Shown here one piece after another: positions 55,290-64,000 of a DNA stretch of 64,000 nucleotides. This stretch comes from the human T2T-CHM13v2.0 reference genome, Homo sapiens. The notes under the pieces are model-generated. The model was not told the origin of the DNA. It saw nothing but the letters and a program-made list of their open reading frames with translations, and ran no database searches. How positions within the stretch are numbered: position 1 is the stretch's first letter; every line of letters starts with the position of its first letter. The translations under genes and the position numbers were made by a program. The stretch lies in assembly GCF_009914755.1 (NCBI RefSeq), contig NC_060928.1, one strand, 5' to 3'.

Positions 55290-55790
55290 CTACATGCTCT
55301 CTAGAGCTTCAACATCCATCTTAGATCATAAGTTGACCTTGAAGATAAAAGCTACACTCTAATACAGGGCTCGGTAAACTACAGCTCAAGAGCTAAATCC
55401 AGTCAATCACCTGTTTTTGTATAAAGTTTTATTTGTATGGGTTTGCAGTCATATATTTTTTTTTCCCTGTTGCCTAATGCTACTTTTGTGCAGTAAAGGA
55501 GAGTTGACTTTTTGTGTGAGAAGAAAAGTTGAGTGGTTATGATGGAGAATATATGTCTTGGGCATATTAAAATATTTTCTGTCTAGTTTCTTACGTTTTC
55601 CTACCCCTAACTAGAATGATGAAAAAGAAAAGATAATGTCTATCTCTTTGGTAATCATAAAACTTTACACCAGTTCTAGACAACTTACCTCCTGGCTTCT
55701 TTCAAGTGAAAGGAAATACTCTTCAACCTTGTTTAAGACAGTGTTTTGTATGTATGTATTTAGATATATGTAGCCAAATCTTGTCATTAG
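55290..55790 (+). mobile_element. Old MLT1J-like LTR remnant, interrupted by MER58
   Basis: ccatcttagatcataagttgaccttgaag...ttacctcctggcttctt...cttgtttaagaca. Confidence 0.45.
55365..55609. mobile_element. MER58A (hAT-Charlie) DNA transposon
   Basis: cagggctcggtaaactacagctc...aaatccagtc..cacctgtttttgtataaagttttatt...ttttcctacccct termini. Confidence 0.78.
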
Positions 55791-58700
55791 TGATATATCC
55801 ATTATGTAGCAGAATTGCTACTTAATATTTAAAAAGTACTTTACATTAAAAACTAATACGTTTAAATGTTTACCATGTGAAAAATTTTGCCATATGTCAT
55901 TTATTTCTCTCTTAGAGAGGTTTAGGTACTTTTTTGAAAATTTATGTCAAAGCCTCATTTTGTTAGCACTCATCAGAAAAGTGCTAATTGGAAAGAAAAA
56001 AAAGTTATAGAGAATTTTGAGACAACTATTAATATCCTTCCTCTTCCTCTAACGTGATTTTCTTAATTTTCAATGAGCCAACATTTGCTATGATCTAAAA
56101 TCTTCTGAGAATATAGTCATTACTGTAAATATCCCACAGCAAGATATACATTCTACTAATTGCCATATGTCAAATTTACAGTCTCCCCACTTAGTAAAAA
56201 TTTACCAGTTTACTTTTCTGTGCTCAATGTTAGTGATAATATTTCTTACAAAAATACTATGTCTTCATTTAATAGAATATTCAGAACAAAATTGGCAGAG
56301 TTTTCTAACTTTTATATAAAATGTTATTAACATCTGGAAGGCTCTTCATTGACATTGAATAAATGCTACATTAAGTTTTAGTGTTTTATATCTTATAGTA
56401 GATCAAATAACATCCTAGTCTATATCAGGCAAATGCCGTGGTTATAAGAATTTACAGTAGTACCTTAGCCTAATTCCATAATTACACATTTATTTAACCA
56501 ATTAAGCATGAAAGTGGCATTATTGTCAAAGGTATGATGTATGACCTGAACATAATTTGGTTAATGAGGAACAAGAAATGCCTGCTAAGTAGGGCAGGTA
56601 TTCTGTTAGCAGAGACTGCTAATTGCCTCTGACATATGTCAGATTGAATGGCCTTATGTGAAAAAAAATGCTGAGTGGAGAAATCATATTGAAAATAGAC
56701 CTCACCTTTTTATTTATAAAGTGTTTGTAAACATTTAGCTCTATGAAGTTGAAAAAAAAGTTTTCTGTGGACCGTAGTTGCAGGCATTGTGCAAATTCTC
56801 CTGCGTACTCAGTCAATGATAAATAACTACTGCCATTTCAGGGTTTTGTCTGTTATAAACTTCCAGAGAAAAATCTTTACTCCCAATTTCTAATTATCCA
56901 GGCTCCCAGATGGATCCACCCACAAAATCCCTTGGCTTAATTTGAAGCCAAGTCTTATCTCATAGCATCCCTTTAACTCTTTCGACTCTTTCTCTTTTCT
57001 TGTAAATAACAAAGACAATCAACATTTTCTCTGAGGTTAAGAAAAATCTCGAAGGTAACAGATTTTTTAAATTCTGTTGTAGGATTTCAGCGAAGTTCCA
57101 TACTGCTGGTTGACAAAGAATTAATGTAAATTTAAGCAAGTCTAGGGAATATAGCATGGTGTTTGAAGGTTATATCTGCTAGGAAATATGAAACACCAGA
57201 TAAAAAAGAAGACTGAAATACAAGGTATTTGTCTTTATTGATGAAAAATAATAAAAAAAAAACTCATGACATCTTGAAGTCACTGAGATAGTTCAGTACG
57301 ATTTCTAGAGTCTTGATTTGTGACTCCAACCACTCTGCATTAAAGCATATAGAAATGGTCCATCTGAAATTGTAAAAACGATCTATTTTATATAATTTTC
57401 AATGTGCAATTTGCTAATATGGCTATTTTTAAAATGCTACATTAAGGAAGCAGTGTAGCATAGAGATTATGGTATTACACAGTTTTTACATCTACTGGAT
57501 ATATTGTATTGGTCAATTTAAATAACTTCCCTGTAACTCGCTTTATGTAACGAAATTCTATATATTATTATTAAACCTATAAATTTATCACACAAAATGG
57601 CACTTAATATTTACATAAAATAGTCTTGTCTACACTCCTACTCCATATCTTCTCCCTGTCACCCAAAAAAGGTGATGTTTCCTCTTAAACAAATAGTACT
57701 TTCAATTTATAGAAAATATATGTGAACTGCACTAAAATTGACATTGTCAGTTTCACAATTCATTTAATTAAAAGCAATATTTTTGAGAAAACAATAATAT
57801 ATTCTCTTAATGTTTTCCAGCTTTCCATGTCCAATTTTAGTTAATTAGTATATAGAACTAATTTTTAATTACTTGAAAGAATTATACATAATTTAAATGT
57901 AAGCATATTTTTGACATTAAATTTTTAGATACCTTGCTTATGTTTGGTTCTTTAAAATTAATTATTTCACTGTTAAAATTATTAGTAATCATCCAATAAT
58001 TTTATGTTCCTTTAAAATAAGTGTAGGTAAATATGACTAAAGAAGTTTGAAAACAATTTTTGTTGCTAGTTTTTAAAAATTTCATATAAGTTGGGAATAT
58101 CAAAGACAATACTTTTTTATATAACATGTAATGCAATTCCATATTGGTGTGTGCAGTTACTATTTTGTTCCAAAACTTCAAATCATTTATGATTACATTA
58201 TATTTTATGAAAAATGTAGTGTGCTCATCTGGTAAGTAACAAAGGCATCAAACTCTGATATCTTAAATAAAAAAAAATATTTTCAATGTTCCTTTTTCTG
58301 GTGATAAATTGAAAAAAATATATATGTTCTGTATTCTTTCCATTTGTTATTTCCTAATCATATTTTATTGAAAATCTATGACTCATATTTTGGCACAGTT
58401 CCTAATTAAGATAAGTTAATTCTAGTGTGACTAAACACAGGTTCACAAGTCTTAAGTTTTGTCTCACCTCCAAAAAGAGCAAATGTTGTGTGTATTTTTA
58501 GCATTTTCAGTCTGGCCACACCCAAGCTATTCATATTTATCACTTTTCAACCAGATCCATCAGCTAGCAGGAACTGACACCCAATTCAAATATGGTAGAC
58601 CCTGCTCATTCCAGCTTTTGTCATGTTCAAGTTTCACATTTTCTTAGAATTTCCTCTAAAATTAACCATTTGAAATCACACTAACTTTTAAGATCTCTTG

Positions 58701-59630
58701 TCTCATTTCTCTTGGAATCACTAATGGCTGGATACTTCATTCTCTAATATCCTATAGAAATTGCTATCTGCCTCAATGAAATGCAGCAATGAATGAGTGA
58801 AGTTCATAGTTGTTTCTGTATTTCAGAACTGTTATGTGTATCTCTAAAATTTTTATGGTCTCTGCGGAGCAAAAACAGCGTGTTGTACTTTTCTATTTCC
58901 CACAACCCTAGCTAAAAAAATGTGGCAGTGTTTGTGAATTATATTGTTAATGTCCAGGTGATACCTGTGTGAATTAATGTATGTTAAATATTCAGCGTAA
59001 TGCCTGCCTGATGCCCTGACTTGGAGTGCTTAGTGATTGACAAACATTATTGTTGTGATCTTTACTTTCTCTCTGTTGCTCTTATTTTTTTAAACCTGAA
59101 TTTCTCAATATTTCTGTTGCAATTATATCCACTTTACAAACAATTTTATTTGGCTTTTCCTTCTCTTTTAGGGTTTAAATGTTGCTGTTTTCTGGTACTA
59201 AGTGTTCTTCTCTTCTCTTTCTATACTCCCTCCCTTATTTCCTCATTCACTTACATTCCAGAAATTATTGATGAAAAGTGAGATTGGTTTGATTATATAT
59301 GGGTGGGAGACAGATAAACAGAGCATTCATTATTTTTTATTTACCTTTTTAGGATAATAGAAAGGTAAAAATTTATAAGAGAATAGAGTATAATTGTAAA
59401 TTAGATGTTTCTAAAAGATTTAAAAAATATGTAAAATTGGAGAAGATGATATCAGATAGCTTCATTGTTTTCAATGAAGCAAAGAGAAGGTAATTATCAA
59501 AGAAAGAAGTAGAAAAATTTGTTTAGGCATATTAGAATCTTGAAGATTTTGCATCGTTACTAGGCGGCAAAAACGAAGATTTCTGACTTCAGACAAAAAT
59601 TAAAATTAACTGCTGAAGTCTGTTGAATTG

Positions 59631-59926
59631 TTTTTTTTTTTTTTTTTTGAAACAGAGTCTTGCACTGTCTCCCAGGCTGGAGTGCAGTGGCGTGAACTCA
59701 GCTCACCAAGCTCCGCCTCCCAGGTTCACGCCATTCTCCTGTCTCAGCCTCCCTAGTAACTGGAACTACAGGCATCTGCCACCACGCCCGGCTAATTTTT
59801 GTATTTTTAGTAGAGACGGGATTTCACCATGTTAGCCAGGATGGTCTAGATCTCCTGACCTCGTGATCTGCCCACCTCAGCCTCCCAAAGTGCTGGGATT
59901 ACAGGCATGAGTCACCACACCCAGAC
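59631..59926 (-). mobile_element. AluY/Sc-like
   Basis: Reverse Alu with a poly(T) tail (caagctccgcctcccaggttcacgccattctcc, ttagccaggatggtc). Confidence 0.93.
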
Positions 59927-60148
59927 TGAAGTTTTGAATGTAGTAAGTGCTTTGCATTGACAAACATTCGTCTTAAAAGATATGGTCTCTCTCCTTTAGC
60001 AACTCAAAGAATAGTTTAGAAAATAAGCACATTAAAGTATTACAGGTAGCAAACTTTGATAAGTGCTGAGGGATAAAGATATGCTAGGGATTTTAAAGTA
60101 ATGAAAGTATACTCTCTTCCAAAATATATAGGTAGATTTCCATGAGGC

Positions 60149-61075
60149 TTGCAATCTACTCATTGACAAAGGGCTAATATCCAGACTCTATAATGAACTC
60201 AAACAAATTTACAAGAAAAAAACAACCCCATCAACAAGTGGGCGAAGGATATGAAGATACACTTCTCAAAAGAAGACATTTATGCAGCCAAAAGACACAT
60301 GAAAAAGTTTTCATCATCACTGGACGTCAGAGACATGCAAATCAAAACCACGGTGACATACCATCTCACACCAGTTGGAATGGTGCTCATTAAAAAGTCA
60401 GGAAACAACAGGTGCTGGAGAGGATGTGGAGAAACAGGAACACTTTTACACTGTTGGTGGGACTGTAAACTAGTTCAACCATTGTGGAAGTCAGTGTGGC
60501 GATTCCTCAGGGATCTAGAACTAGAAATACCATTTGACCCAGCCATCCCATTACTGGGTATATACCCAAAGGATTATAAATCATGCTGCTATAAAGACAC
60601 ATGCACACGTATATTTATTGCGGCACTATTCACAATAGCAAAGACTTGGAACCAACCAAATGTCCAACAATGATAGACTGGATTAAGAAAATGTGGCATA
60701 TACACACCATGGAATACTATGCAGCCATAAAAAATGATGAGTTCATGTCCTTTGTAGGGACATGGATGAAATTGGAAATCATCATTCTCAGTAAACTATC
60801 ACAAGGACAAAAAACCAAACACTGCATGTTCTCCCTCATAGATGGGAATTGAACAATGAGAACACATGGACACAGGAAGGGGAACATCACACTCTGGGGA
60901 CTGTTGTGGGGTGGGGGGAGGGGGAAGGGATTGCGTTAGGAGATATACCTAATGCTAAATGACAAGTTAATGGGTGCAGCACACCAGCATGGTACATGCA
61001 TACATATGTAACTAACCTGCACATTGTGCACATGTACCCTAAAACTTAAAGTATAATAATAATAATAAAAAAAAA
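60149..61075 (+). mobile_element. 5'-truncated L1PA3-like element (ORF2 C-terminus plus 3' UTR)
   Basis: ORF 60251..60673 is the ORF2p C-terminus with the CCHC knuckle [18 protein letters not shown], frameshifted near 60657. The 3' UTR reads gctaaatgacaagttaatgggtgcagcacaccagc; (AAT)n/A tail. Confidence 0.95.
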
Positions 61076-61094
61076 CCACTAACATTTTCCATGT

Positions 61095-61540
61095 GACTTA
61101 GATGTTCCACCTGTTTACCTATAACAAGGCCAGACACAGAGGCTTATATTTATTAGCTGAACTGTTTTATTCTCATTGATAAATCAAATTGAAATGCTTT
61201 GTTAATATCAATCTTTGGATAAGATTCTTTCCTTCCACCAGGCTCTGAACTTTGGCCCATCCTAAGCCTATGTGAGAATACAATCCCTCCTTAATGGCCC
61301 CTTGCTAGAATAGGCTGACCTCAGGGTTTACTCACCAATTCATCCTGTTCATTCTCCTTTCTTATATCCAGTTCTTTCTAGCCTTATTACTCTTCTCTAT
61401 AAAACAAAAGTTCTTTTCTGTCTAACTTTCAGATTGTACTGCATATATTTTCTCCCTATTACAATAGTATCTTTCCCTTTATTAATATAATTCTTTCAAG
61501 TAAATCTCTCCTTTCATAAGCCTGGATTCTTTTTTATTTC
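61095..61540 (+). mobile_element. MER67-like ERV1 LTR
   Basis: aacaaggccagacacaga, gaataggctgacctcaggg, tataaaa, ttctccctattacaatagt motifs. Confidence 0.5.
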
Positions 61541-61668
61541 ATACTTCTCTGTAAAGTTTGGCAGATAAAGCTGAATTTTACCTGAATCATGTGGTTCCAT
61601 GAAAGCAACAAATTGGACAGTTAAAATATCCCATTCACCATTTATTTTCTAAAGGAGCATCTCTGCCC

Positions 61669-62137
61669 TAGTCAAAGAAAAATAATACCATAGCAAGTTA
61701 ATCAGTAAAGGAAGACTTTATTAAAGACTATTACAATAGAGGAGAGAGATTGAACTTGACTTCAGTGAAACAAAAGAGGAGAGATTTTAAGTGCCAGGGT
61801 GAGCTTGTGAAAAAGTATTAGAGAACATTAGAGGGAAGGATGATCAGTGTGATCAGGACACTTTTGTTTCCTAATTGATACAGATGGGGACTCTACCTTT
61901 CTTGCTAATTACAGTTCAAAGGGTTGGCTTCCAAGTCCTTGAGAAAGACATGCCTGCATTGTAAATTGGTAAGAAGCTGTAAGAAGACTTACATGTCAAA
62001 GACACAGAAAAAGAATCCACAACTAAAAGTTTTCTAAAATAAATACCCTAAGAAAAGGAAGGTCAGTAGCCTATGTTCAGTGAGAAATCTTTTTAAATTT
62101 TTGTTATTCTTGGGGGACTATGAAGCTGTTGTGGTCA
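61669..62137 (-). mobile_element. MER67-type ERV1 LTR
   Basis: aaggaagactttattaaagactattacaatagaggagagagattgaact; gtccttgagaaagacat; ends ggtca. Confidence 0.7.
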
Positions 62138-63398
62138 ACGTGCCTACTCTGAGATAAAACCCACTTCCACCTTTCCTCAAAGACTCAAAGAAGATGCTTC
62201 TCCTTTCTTCCTAATGAAGTCCATAAGAATTCAGGATTCCTCCTTTGCTTACCTGTCTCTATAAAACCATACGATTTTCCCCTCAATAATAAATATTCTT
62301 CTTATCATAGTTGCCTGGATTTAATTATCTCCATTTTCTAGTGCATCTTGTCTTTCACAAGATAATACTTGTTACTGAATTTTATTTGTCATAAAGATTA
62401 CGTGAGATGCTATAAACAAAGTACTTGCCTGATACTTTCAATATAGGTAACTTTCAAATACTCAAACCTACACATAATATTATTGTGAATATCTAAAAAA
62501 AAGTGGTGCTTCAAACAAGTGTCTGGTTCTATGGTTAAATATTGTCACTTCCTACAATTAGATATAAATGGGATTATGTCTGCTCTTAACCAGGTGATAG
62601 GTTTAAGTGGAAGTAAGCTCAAATTGATACCAATACATATATGAAAGAAGCAAAGACACACAAAGTCTAACAAAGAAGTACAGAGCCTAGAAAAGAAGCA
62701 CAAATCCATCAGATAACCTGTTTTCCTAAACTGCCCTCCTCTGTCATCAGACATCTTGACAAGTCTCTTATAAGGAATGGGTCAGTTTGAGTCAGGCAGA
62801 ACCACAATATGATGGCAGGTTAGGCAAATATCTGTTGGGATCAGACAACAGAATCCTACACTAATGCCTAGAGAGTGGTAGACACAAGACCAACCAGGAA
62901 TCTTGACCTAGAGATTAATTCCATACATTCCAAACTGCAGGATCTGCTGAATTCTTACATACTTTTTGTAAGAATATCAGGATTCATGCAGATATTCTAA
63001 GCAACTACTTTGCTGAATTTACTTTGCCCACAAAAAATTATGTTTAACGTTACTCATACTAAGTACTGATTCCTCTATGCAGAGTTCGATGAAGTTATAT
63101 AGGCCTTTTTCTATAACCTTTGGAGTATAAATTCCTGATTAATCTTTCAAATACAAATGAAACACGCTTAGAATATGAATTCCTTATTTGAGTACTTCAA
63201 ATCTTAGCTAACATTCCCTAGGTTGGTACTTAGCTCTAACTTGTATAGAAATACATGACACTGTTCCCAACAAACTATTGTTGAAGTAAGTCGTATTACA
63301 TATGACATCACTAATGTTTTGTGTTCTGTTTTTTATACATATTATGTAATAAACACTGAAAGTCTTGAGTATATCATTTTTATATTGACTTTTCATAG

Positions 63399-63808
63399 TG
63401 TGTAATTAAGTTTAGCCCAAAGCTGCCTTCTTACATACTTTAATTTTGCCTAAGTGTTTCTGCATACATAATGAACTGTTACCTAACTGGATGTGGAAAC
63501 AGACTGTACACTACTCTTGTACCAATCACAGAGTTTTGGACAATCACAGGTCGGCAACTGTTTAAAATATGTTGAAATAACTCAAACACTGAGCAGTAAT
63601 GAATTCAGCTGTTTCAGTACCTCGCTTCCATTTTCCTTACGTCACTTTTCTTTTACTGTCCGTAAATATTATCTGACCATTTGGCAGCCATGGGATCTGG
63701 GGTTGCTCTGAACTTATCCCAGTTCTGGGTGCTATTTTGATTTGTGAATTGTTCTTTGCTCCATTAAACTCTGTTAAATTTAATTCTTCAGAAGTTTTTA
63801 TTTTACCA
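63399..63808 (+). mobile_element. MER57B-type ERV1 solo LTR
   Basis: tgtgtaattaagtttagcccaaagctgcc...attaaactctgttaaatttaatt...ttttacca; 4-bp TSD atag/gtag. Confidence 0.85.
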
Positions 63809-64000
63809 GTAGTTATATACAGTAAAGTTCTTCTGAAGACTTCTGACAGTTTGAAGAGATGATTTCTAAGCAGATAGACTTGGAACAGAGTTTTACTTTG
63901 CTGAATATTTCATAGGTCAGTCTCACTCTAGCTAGTCTTTAGGTTTCATTGTGGATATCTATTTTCCCCATTGTCTGATCTTATTTAAGTCTATAGGAGG

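Noticed and set aside
60251-60852. Longest ORFs (140 aa and 83 aa) with a CCHC motif
   Set aside because: These are the LINE-1 ORF2p C-terminus from a 5'-truncated, frameshifted copy with no promoter, not a host gene.
60136-61099. tttccatgaggctt / tttccatgtgactt as a TSD of the L1PA3
   Set aside because: The right copy is separated from the tail by ~10 unrelated bases and has mismatches too numerous for so young an element, so it is not accepted as a TSD.

Overview
AT-rich, CpG-poor, non-coding primate DNA. AluY and an L1PA3-type element indicate a hominoid; human versus chimpanzee cannot be decided by eye. The window is intergenic or deep intronic. It is dominated by interspersed repeats: 17 Alus (J, S and Y), several L1s (L1PA, L1PB, L1MA/MB, L1ME), many MaLR solo LTRs (MLT1, MST, THE1D), ERV1/ERVL-type LTRs (MER21, MER31, LTR8, MER57, MER67), L2, MIR, DNA-transposon fossils (MADE1, MER5A, MER58, Tip100-like) and microsatellites. 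I found no credible protein-coding gene, structural RNA gene, CpG island or CRISPR array. The ORF track consists of Alu/L1 read-throughs and chance ORFs. I did not find a new biological system. The most notable items are a dense direct/inverted-repeat mosaic at 30.1 kb (probable templated-repair scar), a twin-primed L1 with a 67-bp duplication at its inversion junction, a near-consensus AluYc1-type insertion, a MADE1 hairpin of miR-548 type, a four-fold nested MER21 LTR, and a CATATGTCA motif cluster near 56 kb. Subfamily names come from recalled consensus sequences, not from a RepeatMasker run, and boundaries of old repeats are approximate.
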